A DNA stretch of 64,000 nucleotides from Nitrospirota bacterium. Its GTDB lineage: Bacteria; Nitrospirota; UBA9217. The translations under genes and the position numbers were made by a program. Location: the NCBI GenBank assembly GCA_029858565.1, contig JAOUEV010000001.1, positions 1 through 64,000 of the forward strand, read 5' to 3'. A model generated the notes under the pieces. That model saw only the letters and a list, made by a program, of their open reading frames with translations. It was not told where the DNA came from and made no database searches. Shown here piece after piece: positions 22,931-30,602 of this stretch. Position 1 is the stretch's first letter; each line of letters opens with the position of its first letter.

Positions 22931-23521
22931 TTATTGTGCTTCAGGCGTGGGACTGCAGGCAGTGGATGAAGAGGAGAGAAGCGGTTGTTTCATCTTCCTG
23001 CTGACCAAGGAAACCAAAAGGAGAAAGTGCAGAGAGAACATGATAGCATTGAACATGCGAGGCATCTTACCCAGGAGGTTCATCAGCGCCACGAGAGGAT
23101 AAAGCCACATGAGGACCCATCCTTCGCGTAAGGCAAAACAATAGGCTTCTTTTCCCGCTATTCCCGCAGTTCCAAAACATACCAATCCGATCCCCAGAAG
23201 GGCGACCGTAAGCGCATTTTCAGCAGCAACGAAATAGAGACCGATGACCTGAACAAAGAGTCCTGTAATTATCGCACCAAGAATGATCTTCTTGACCCAT
23301 GTTATCCAGACAATCAGATTAAACCCCGCTATCAACGCACCCAGTTCGAAGATCATGATGCCGATCGTATAAAAAGGATGACTGATCGGATAAAGTACCG
23401 CCAGTATTCCGGCACCCACGGCCTGCAAGACCAGTCCTGTTCGATAGGCTATCGCATTCTTTTTCCTCATGAGCACACCAGCGCTCAATGGTTGTTCTGT
23501 AGGGGTTGTTTGTGAGTTCAT
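22931..23521 (-). CDS. Integral membrane protein, DUF2301-like (start may be 23470)
   Basis: Multiple TM segments; YRTGL and GIAGKEAYCF motifs recalled from DUF2301. Confidence 0.6.
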   Translation of the reverse strand: MNSQTTPTEQPLSAGVLMRKKNAIAYRTGLVLQAVGAGILAVLYPISHPFYTIGIMIFELGALIAGFNLIVWITWVKKIILGAIITGLFVQVIGLYFVAAENALTVALLGIGLVCFGTAGIAGKEAYCFALREGWVLMWLYPLVALMNLLGKMPRMFNAIMFSLHFLLLVSLVSRKMKQPLLSSSSTACSPTPEAQ

Positions 23522-23741
23522 GGCACTTTATATAGCACGCGTACCGGTGTGTATGCAAGATAAAATCGTATGCCGGTGCTGGCAGAAGACCCTGTCAGGA
23601 TTTAAAGCACCTTGATCAAGACCAGAAGAGGCAATATGATTGAAGGCCTTCGGACAATATTTGTTGCAATACTTAGAAACTCAAACATGGATAATAACAC
23701 TATTGGTAATTGTAATTTTGAGCTCAAAAGGTAGAAACATC

Positions 23742-23770
23742 TTGACTAAAAAATAGAATTTTGTTATAGT
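23742..23770 (+). promoter_or_regulatory. Sigma70 promoter upstream of the porin gene
   Basis: TTGACT-17 bp-TATAGT with extended TG; perfect palindrome TTTTGAGCTCAAAA at 23716-23729. Confidence 0.65.
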
Positions 23771-24115
23771 CAGCGCAAATTTCGCTGCATTATTACTGTC
23801 TTCTTTGCGAAATTTTATGGCAGACGGAGCGGCTGTATCCACCATGTGCCAAATATGACATCTACTGTCCGAGATCACTCATCGAATCACCTCATTTCCC
23901 CAACATCCACTGCCGGGATCCCGGAGCGGATGTTTCGAACCATGCTCCTCGCACTTTTCCGTTTTTTTAAGTTAATGCTGCGAACGCTTTGAAGAAAGGG
24001 GGGATGCTGGAAATCGTTTTTCCGGATCAAGTTTATGGTTTCACCGTTGCATGAATAACGCCAATGGTATCGCCTACTCCATCGAGGAGTAAAACTACTT
24101 TAGGGAGGATAAACG

Positions 24116-25348
24116 ATGAAGAAGTTTCTCGCACTATTTGCAGTACTGGCGCTGACCATGGTCAGCTCAGCCGCGTTCGCTGAAGTATCGGTCAGCGGCA
24201 GCATCGACATCCGCAATCTGTCAACCAACAATGCTTCGGACATGAATTCTGACAAATCGGACGAGAACCGCACCACCCAGGAGCGTATCCGCATCAATGT
24301 GGACGCGAAGCACGAGGGTGTGAAAGGACGGGTCACCCTGGAAAACGACTGGTATGTCTGGGGTTCGGCGACCAACGGCTGGGCCGGGTCCGCCGTCGAG
24401 AGCAAGAGCGGTGCACTGACGATTCGTGAGGGCTGGATCGATTTCAGCATGCCCTTCGGTATGCCTGGCCACGTCAAGGTCGGCCATCAGATGCTGCAGC
24501 TTGGCAATGGCTGGTTCTTCCGCGCCAACAAGTACGGCTCCGATGCCTGGCTAATCGGCTTCCCTGGCAAGAATACCTTCGCGTTCGTTGACGTGAAGGC
24601 TGCCGAGGGTCTCAACGCTGGTTCCGACGACGTTGATGCCTATGTGCTGCTCGACACCTACAAGATCGATGACAAGAGCTCCGTCGGCGCCTATTTCGTG
24701 CGCGTGATGGATCGCCAGGGCAAATTCATGGCTGGTGGCGGCGCGGATGCTGAGGGGACCCTCGATACGATCGGCCTGCACTACAATGGCATGGTTGGCC
24801 CGCTGAAGCTGGCTGCTGAGTTTGACATGCAGAGTGGCGAGGCTGATCCGGGTGCTGGCGCCGCAACGACGGATCTGTCCGGCAAGCAGATCATAGTTCA
24901 GGCCAGCATGCCGCTGGATGCGCTGACGATCAACGCGACCTTTGCCATGGGCAGCGGCGACGACGCGACCACGGCTGAGGAAGAGGGCATCACGGTGGCG
25001 CTGGACAAAGATCCGCACTATACCTTCGTCTATGAGTACTTCACGAAGACCGCTGCGGGCGCGACGAACACGGGCTTCGCGAACACCACTGCCATGAACC
25101 TCGGCGCTTCCTACAAGGTCTCCGGCAATGTGACCGTGGCCCTCGACTACTGGATGCTGACCGCGACCGAGGTTGGCGCAGGTGTTGATGATGAGGTCGG
25201 CTCGGAAATCGATGCCAAGATCCTCTGGAAGCTGAATGACAACCTTTCCTGGAACTGGTCACTCGGCCGCTTCATGCCGGGCAAGTTCTATGGCGCGAAT
25301 CCGGATGATGTTGATGCAGTCCAGGGTATCCTGAGCTACAAGTTCTAA
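24116..25348 (+). CDS. Major outer-membrane porin-like beta-barrel protein
   Basis: Signal peptide (AFA), amphipathic strands, C-terminal LSYKF, strong RBS AGGGAGG, strongly biased codon use. Confidence 0.8.
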   Translation: MKKFLALFAVLALTMVSSAAFAEVSVSGSIDIRNLSTNNASDMNSDKSDENRTTQERIRINVDAKHEGVKGRVTLENDWYVWGSATNGWAGSAVESKSGALTIREGWIDFSMPFGMPGHVKVGHQMLQLGNGWFFRANKYGSDAWLIGFPGKNTFAFVDVKAAEGLNAGSDDVDAYVLLDTYKIDDKSSVGAYFVRVMDRQGKFMAGGGADAEGTLDTIGLHYNGMVGPLKLAAEFDMQSGEADPGAGAATTDLSGKQIIVQASMPLDALTINATFAMGSGDDATTAEEEGITVALDKDPHYTFVYEYFTKTAAGATNTGFANTTAMNLGASYKVSGNVTVALDYWMLTATEVGAGVDDEVGSEIDAKILWKLNDNLSWNWSLGRFMPGKFYGANPDDVDAVQGILSYKF

Positions 25349-25399
25349 GATTCAATTGTCCTTGAGTGCGAGTCTGCGCTCATAGATAACGTTTGACCG

Positions 25400-25435
25400 A
25401 TCCCCCGGGCAGTTATTGCCCGGGGGATATTTTTT
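25400..25435 (+). terminator. Rho-independent terminator after the porin gene
   Basis: ATCCCCCGGGCA-GTTAT-TGCCCGGGGGAT followed by ATTTTTT. Confidence 0.9.
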
Positions 25436-25737
25436 ACTTGCGCTCCTGTCGTCGGTAAGAACAACACTGTTGATAGCAGAACATATGTCCATTGCCCTGG
25501 TAGCGGGAGTTTGCGCGCATTTGTGCGTATAAGGAAATAGGGTCTATTGGGAAGTCGAATAGCTGGGATGTTAATTTGTAGCGAATTGCTCTAAAACAAT
25601 GAGTGATGTAACAGCGGTTCATATCTTGTTGTGAAATTTAACAATATGTATTCTTCGGAAGTATAAAAATTATAGCGAGCGGCTTATGTATGGTGTATGA
25701 TTGCAGGGTAATACTACTACACAGGAGGGAAAATATA

Positions 25738-26295
25738 ATGAAAAAGGGATTATTGTTTCTGCTCGCAGGTCTTATAGTTGTGGTGATGTCGGGAAGCGCT
25801 TTTGCCGCCAACAGTCTGAACAGCGGATCCAAAGCGATCAGCGTGGGGATGGGTGACAATATTTTCAGCCATAAGGCAATTCCGAACGTAGATGCAGTGA
25901 TCAATGATGTTGTGGATATCAGCGGCCGGTTCATGGTTTCCAACGATGTGGCTCTGTACGGCGGTTTCGGCCTGCAGACAGACGGCGGTGATGCTGACGG
26001 CACCTATCTCAGCCTGACTGTCGGTTTTAGAAAGTACACAAAGGTTGCGGACCTCGCGCCGTTCGTTGCTGCTCAGCTTTCCTATATCACGGTGAAATCT
26101 GATCCGAATATCGTCGACCTGAGCGTCATCGATGCAGCGTGTCTCTTTGGCGCGGAGTATTTTCTCGGCGCGCAGTTCAGCTTCGAAGGAGCCGTGGGCG
26201 TCGGCATCGGCCAGTACAGCAACGATCTTAATAATGCTGATGACACCTACTTCGGCACACGCACCGTCGGTGTCCGTGCGAATTTCTACTTCTAA
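25738..26295 (+). CDS. Small outer-membrane beta-barrel protein (about 8 strands)
   Basis: Signal peptide ending AFA; alternating hydrophobic strands; C-terminal ANFYF; RBS AGGAGG. Confidence 0.75.
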   Translation: MKKGLLFLLAGLIVVVMSGSAFAANSLNSGSKAISVGMGDNIFSHKAIPNVDAVINDVVDISGRFMVSNDVALYGGFGLQTDGGDADGTYLSLTVGFRKYTKVADLAPFVAAQLSYITVKSDPNIVDLSVIDAACLFGAEYFLGAQFSFEGAVGVGIGQYSNDLNNADDTYFGTRTVGVRANFYF

Positions 26296-26380
26296 TCCAG
26301 GAGGTTGTTCTGTCACTGCTTCTTGAGAAATATTCGAAAGTTGATGATGATCGAAGCGGTGCACGGATGAGGGAGACTCT

Positions 26381-26698
26381 ATGCCGAAGATAATTTATAT
26401 ACATATTGTTATTGCCTTTGTCGCGCTTGGATTGCTGTTGGGTTGCGGCAGTGGAGATAAAGGCCCGGTGGGTCGTGTAGCACCGCAGGAGCTGGTAAGC
26501 GGCGCATCGGGAACAGGAGATGGTCTCGGAGGCGGTGGCGGAGGAACCGGTGCATGTGTCGCGCAGGGAGCTTGTGTAAATAACATGGATGCAGGAACTT
26601 GTGTGAACAATGGTGGTCAGTTTTATAACGGTACTACATGCCAGAATCTTGGTTTTACAAACTGTCAAAACGTACAAGGTACAGTAGTCTGTTTCTAA
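26381..26698 (+). CDS. Small Gly-rich, Cys-rich lipoprotein
   Basis: Lipobox LLGC, poly-Gly linker, six Cys in the last 50 aa; RBS GAGGGAG. Confidence 0.7.
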   Translation: MPKIIYIHIVIAFVALGLLLGCGSGDKGPVGRVAPQELVSGASGTGDGLGGGGGGTGACVAQGACVNNMDAGTCVNNGGQFYNGTTCQNLGFTNCQNVQGTVVCF

Positions 26699-26723
26699 GC
26701 ATCAAAGACCGATATCAGAAAAT

Positions 26724-26760
26724 GAAAAACACCGGAGCGGTGTAAGCTCCGGTGTTTTTC
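26724..26760. terminator. Bidirectional intrinsic terminator
   Basis: GAAAAACACCGGAGC-GGTGTAA-GCTCCGGTGTTTTTC between convergent genes. Confidence 0.9.
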
Positions 26761-26818
26761 TATTCAAGAGTGGTACGGACATGTACTGATGGAAGGTGAC
26801 GAGAGAAGCAGGTGAGTA

Positions 26819-27670
26819 TCAGGGATTCTGAAGCTTCGCGGCTTTCACCACATGCTTGAGCAGTACCCGCGTGGTCACGGTACCAACGCCTCCCGGAACC
26901 GGTGTGATCGCGCCGGCCACTTCCTTGGCAGGCTCCGTATCCACGTCTCCCACAAACTTGTCTCCTTCGGGATTAATGCCCACATCCATGACCGTCGCGC
27001 CTGCCTTGATATAGTCCTTGGAGATCATTTTTGCCTTCCCAATAGCGGCAACGAGAACATCTGCACGCCGGCAGACTGCAGGCAGGTCCTTTGTCCTTGA
27101 GTGGCAGACCGTGACCGTACAGTTCTCTCCGAGGAGAAGCATTGACATGGGCTTGCCCACGACCATCGAACGTCCGATGACCACGGCTTCTTTTCCAGAC
27201 AGGGGGATTTCGTAGAACTTCAGCATTTCCATGACAGCCTGGGGGGTCGCCGGCGGGAATCCGGTGAGGTCACCTGCCATGATCTTTCCCGCGTTCACGG
27301 GATTGAAACAGTCCACGTCCTTTTCCGGGGCAAGGATATATTTGACCACATCCTCGCTGATCTGCCTGGGGAGAGGCCGCATCACAATAATCCCGTGGAT
27401 TGCCCGATCGTTGTTCCTGTCCCGAACAGTCTTTACGAACTCATCCTGGCTCATAGTTCCCGGCAACTGCTCGATCTCGCAGCCGATGCCGCTCTTTTCA
27501 GCCATTTTTTTTGCACTGTTAGCGTAGTACAGCGAGTCGGGAGCATCTCCCGCTATCATGATCCTGAGCGTGGGATTTACTCCCTTTCCTTTCAACGCCT
27601 GGACCTCGGACTGGATATCCTGGTCCAGTTTCTGCGCCACTTCCTTGCCGGTCAATAATTTTGCCGCCAT
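26819..27670 (-). CDS. folD: Bifunctional methylenetetrahydrofolate dehydrogenase/cyclohydrolase
   Basis: KDVDC, PATP, GRSMVVGKP, DVGIN, ITPVPGGVG. Confidence 0.95.
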   Translation of the reverse strand: MAAKLLTGKEVAQKLDQDIQSEVQALKGKGVNPTLRIMIAGDAPDSLYYANSAKKMAEKSGIGCEIEQLPGTMSQDEFVKTVRDRNNDRAIHGIIVMRPLPRQISEDVVKYILAPEKDVDCFNPVNAGKIMAGDLTGFPPATPQAVMEMLKFYEIPLSGKEAVVIGRSMVVGKPMSMLLLGENCTVTVCHSRTKDLPAVCRRADVLVAAIGKAKMISKDYIKAGATVMDVGINPEGDKFVGDVDTEPAKEVAGAITPVPGGVGTVTTRVLLKHVVKAAKLQNP

Positions 27671-27730
27671 GTCTATGACTCCTTCTTAACAAGTATGTGC
27701 GAACATAGGTTCGGAGAACGGTGAAGCAGG

Positions 27731-28357
27731 CTATCCCATCTTCTTGTAGGTAAGCTCCATTACGGTCTTTTCAAGAGCGGCAACATCGCGGAGAACCTCC
27801 TGCATACGGGTCCAGGTTGTTGTATTGTAAGCCGCGTCCTTGATGCTGTTAACATTGATCTTTACGTTGAGAGCAGAGCTTTGTGCGCAGGCTTGTGCAA
27901 GGAGTACAGCAACCCCGGCATCGCTCACAGCGGCCACATTGCCTATCTCTGCGGCGCGGAGGGCCAGTTTGGCCACTTCCAATGACTTCAGGCCTATCTC
28001 AAATGGCACCTGGCAGGCTTTTTTAAGGGCTTCCTGCATCTTTGCGCTTCTGGCTGCTTTCTCCTCGTCTGTTGCTTTGGGCATCTTATATACATCGGAA
28101 AGAGCCCCGTAAGCCTCCGTATCTTTTTGGATCAGGTCCTGCATCTCGATGCGGAGTTTTTCTGAGTCGTCGAGCAACGCTTCTATCTGGGATTGAACAT
28201 CCTTGTACTTATCCTTGCCGAGCGTTAGATTTCCAACCATACTGACCAATGCCGCTCCCAGCGCTCCCGTGAGCGCAGCTACACTGCCGCCGCCAGGTTC
28301 GGGAGATTTACTTGCCAGCTTATCAAGAAAATGACGCAAAGGCTGATCAATATACAT
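27731..28357 (-). CDS. Cyclodeaminase/cyclohydrolase family protein (FTCD C-terminal, FchA-like)
   Basis: LASKSPEPGGGSVAAL, SDAGVA, LNVKIN. Confidence 0.9.
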   Translation of the reverse strand: MYIDQPLRHFLDKLASKSPEPGGGSVAALTGALGAALVSMVGNLTLGKDKYKDVQSQIEALLDDSEKLRIEMQDLIQKDTEAYGALSDVYKMPKATDEEKAARSAKMQEALKKACQVPFEIGLKSLEVAKLALRAAEIGNVAAVSDAGVAVLLAQACAQSSALNVKINVNSIKDAAYNTTTWTRMQEVLRDVAALEKTVMELTYKKMG

Positions 28358-28426
28358 GTTGTTACCTCTCGTAATATGTTATTATTCAAGATTATTTTCG
28401 CTTCAAGCCAGTTGCAGTGGGGAGGT

Positions 28427-28456
28427 AGAATAAGTGAAAATGCGGTGTTTTGTCAA
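28427..28456 (-). promoter_or_regulatory. Sigma70 promoter for the cyclohydrolase-folD operon
   Basis: Minus strand TTGACA-18 bp-TATTCT. Confidence 0.5.
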
Positions 28457-28457
28457 C

Positions 28458-28532
28458 AAAAAAATGCCCCCCTCGCAAACATCGCTGTTCTTAAGGGAGG
28501 CATTTCAGGGGAGGCTCTATTTCTAGTAATTG
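28458..28532 (-). ncRNA. Candidate small regulatory RNA (~75 nt)
   Basis: Promoter TTGACT(28567-28562)-17-TATAGT(28544-28539); terminator AAATGCCTCCCTT...GAGGGGGGCATTT plus U tract; no ORF; two CCUCCC motifs. Confidence 0.55.
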
Positions 28533-28561
28533 ATATGAACTATATCTACAATTTTAGAACA

Positions 28562-28620
28562 AGTCAAGGAAAAAATATAAAAACTTTTCCTTGACTCAAA
28601 ATGTTGCGGCTTGGTATTAT
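28562..28620. promoter_or_regulatory. 12-bp inverted repeat providing divergent -35 elements; + strand promoter for ccdA
   Basis: AGTCAAGGAAAA-N11-TTTTCCTTGACT; + strand TTGACT-18-TATTAT with TG extension. Confidence 0.6.
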
Positions 28621-28647
28621 ATCAACCTAATCTTAAGGAACATTACT

Positions 28648-29376
28648 ATGGATATTTCCCATGGGATTTCAATTGCTTCAATTTTCCTCTCCTTGTTCAT
28701 GGGGATCATATCATTTGCATCCCCATGCATTCTGCCTTTGATTCCCTCTTATGTTTCCTATATAACCGGGATCAGTTTTGACGAGCTGGTTGGTCCTGAT
28801 TTTCGTCGAAAGAACATTCGAACCACTGTTCTTCACTCACTCGCATTTGTCGCGGGGTTTACCGTGGTCTTTGTCCTGCTCGGTGCAACGGCCAACCTTT
28901 TGGGACAGATGCTGATCGAGTACTTGAAACCCATCAGGATCATCGGCGGGGTACTCTTGATCGTTATGGGGCTTTTTGTCACAGATATCGTGCCGATCCC
29001 ATTCTTGCAGCGCGATGCGAAGTTGCATCTCAAGACGAGACCCGCCGGTTATATCGGTACGTTCCTTGTCGGGGTCATTTTCGCTGCTGGATGGACGCCA
29101 TGCACCGGTCCCTTTCTTGCAGCTGTGCTCATGCAGGCGGCGCAGTCCGAGACCATGATGACCGGCATGGTGTTCCTTGCGTTCTACTCGATCGGCATCG
29201 GCATTCCGTTCATTCTGTCAGCTGTTGCTATCAGTGCGTTCCTGTCCTCGTTCAAGAGAGTGAAGGAGTACTTGCATGCGATCAAGATCGGGAGCGGGGT
29301 GATCCTGGTGGTCATGGGGATCCTGCTCATCACTGATAAGTGGACATTGTTGACATCATACCTCATGAATCCTTAG
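28648..29376 (+). CDS. ccdA: Cytochrome c biogenesis protein CcdA (DsbD transmembrane domain)
   Basis: SFASPCILPLIPSY and AGWTPCTGP motifs; about 6 TM. Confidence 0.93.
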   Translation: MDISHGISIASIFLSLFMGIISFASPCILPLIPSYVSYITGISFDELVGPDFRRKNIRTTVLHSLAFVAGFTVVFVLLGATANLLGQMLIEYLKPIRIIGGVLLIVMGLFVTDIVPIPFLQRDAKLHLKTRPAGYIGTFLVGVIFAAGWTPCTGPFLAAVLMQAAQSETMMTGMVFLAFYSIGIGIPFILSAVAISAFLSSFKRVKEYLHAIKIGSGVILVVMGILLITDKWTLLTSYLMNP

Positions 29377-29392
29377 GGGGAGAACAATTCGT

Positions 29393-29812
29393 ATGGCAGC
29401 TGATTCTCTGGACATTCTGAAGGACAAGGACGCTCCGCTGTATACCATGGGTGTGGCTGCCAAGCTTGTTGGCACAACGGCCCAGACACTGCGGTTGTAC
29501 GAGAAACACGGCCTTATCCTGCCGACTCGTGAACGCAGAAACCGGCTGTATACGGAGAACGACATCAAGTGGTTGCGCTGTATCCGGGAACTGATCCACT
29601 CAAAGAAGATCAGTATTGAAGGGATCAAAAAACTGCTGGATTATGCTCCCTGCTGGGAGATCAAGGATTGTCCTGATGACCGCCGGGTGGTCTGCTCCGC
29701 ATTCACGAATAAGAGCAAACCCTGCTGGGAAACAACGCGCTGCCGCAAGGAGGGGGATTGCTCGACCTGCGTGATCTTCCTGCGCAGCGGAAAAAAAGCC
29801 GCGAAAAAGTAG
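29393..29812 (+). CDS. MerR/HspR-like regulator with Cys-rich C-terminal two-CW-like domain
   Basis: YTMGVAAKLVG..QTLRLYEKHGLI..RLY; PCWE..C..C..PCWE..C..CSTC. Confidence 0.85.
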   Translation: MAADSLDILKDKDAPLYTMGVAAKLVGTTAQTLRLYEKHGLILPTRERRNRLYTENDIKWLRCIRELIHSKKISIEGIKKLLDYAPCWEIKDCPDDRRVVCSAFTNKSKPCWETTRCRKEGDCSTCVIFLRSGKKAAKK

Positions 29813-29890
29813 CGTTCTTCTCGATTCGGGAATTTCATCGCAGAGATCCGAGGGCTGTCCGCACTCCGCAATCAACAGACTGCGGTCGAC

Positions 29891-30568
29891 CTACGGATGC
29901 TCGTCCACCCATACCACGCCTTCCGACGAGGTCTCTTTTTTCCAGATCGGCGTAATGCGCTTCAGCTCATCGATGCAGAAACGGCACGCCTTGAATGCTG
30001 TGTCACGGTGGCCTGCCGCGACGACGATCAGCACGATATTCTCACCTGCCGGGATCGCACCTATCCGATGGATGATGCTGAGATCTATCAGGTCAAAGTC
30101 CGCAAATGCCCGCTCTCGGATCTCGTTCAATTTCCGCTCTGCCATGCCCGGATAGTGTTCAAATTCCAGCTTTGATACCGCTGTGCCCCGCGAAATATCA
30201 CGTGTTGTCCCCAGAAAGGTCACAATGCCTCCGATCGAGAGCGATGTGGCCTTGATCCGGTTGATCTCGTCTTCGACCGAAAAGGGGGGCTCCTGGATGC
30301 GCACAACGCCCCGGTGCTCATCGCCGCCTGAAAAGGGTGGTAGCAGTGCTATTTCATCCCCATTGCGGAGCTCTGCAGCCTCATCAGCAAATTCCTGGTT
30401 CACCGCGACGAGAATTCTTTTTTGTTCACCCAGGACCGGCGCCAGCCCCGGATATCTTCCCGCGAGCAGTGGGAGAAGGTCTGTGATCGTGGACGGATGC
30501 TGGTCCAGAACGATCTCATCTGTTCCGGCCAGGTCCCTGAGGTTTGCAAAGAACTTAATGGTGATCAC
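29891..30568 (-). CDS. Fused molybdopterin synthase MoaD-MoaE (MoaX-like)
   Basis: MoaD IKFFA..AVNQEF..DEIALLPPFSGG, then MoaE GGIVTFLG, HRIG, HR..AF, PIWKKE. Confidence 0.92.
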   Translation of the reverse strand: MITIKFFANLRDLAGTDEIVLDQHPSTITDLLPLLAGRYPGLAPVLGEQKRILVAVNQEFADEAAELRNGDEIALLPPFSGGDEHRGVVRIQEPPFSVEDEINRIKATSLSIGGIVTFLGTTRDISRGTAVSKLEFEHYPGMAERKLNEIRERAFADFDLIDLSIIHRIGAIPAGENIVLIVVAAGHRDTAFKACRFCIDELKRITPIWKKETSSEGVVWVDEHP

Positions 30569-30602
30569 GTGGTCGCTCCTGTTGTATCGCTGGATTCAGT
30601 GA

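Noticed and set aside
23521-23537. TGGCAC...TAGCA as a sigma54 promoter for the NtrC-type activator
   Set aside because: GG-to-GC spacing is one base too long for -24/-12
25691-25705. TGGTGTATGATTGCA as a sigma54 promoter of the small beta-barrel gene
   Set aside because: Spacing is one base too short and the -24 match is poor
26381-26698. Cys-rich peptide as a RiPP (ranthipeptide or lanthipeptide) precursor
   Set aside because: It has a lipoprotein signal, and no radical SAM, LanM or peptidase-transporter gene is nearby
28358-28560. THF or ZTP riboswitch upstream of the folD operon
   Set aside because: Consensus elements are not recognisable; promoter plus sRNA explains the region better
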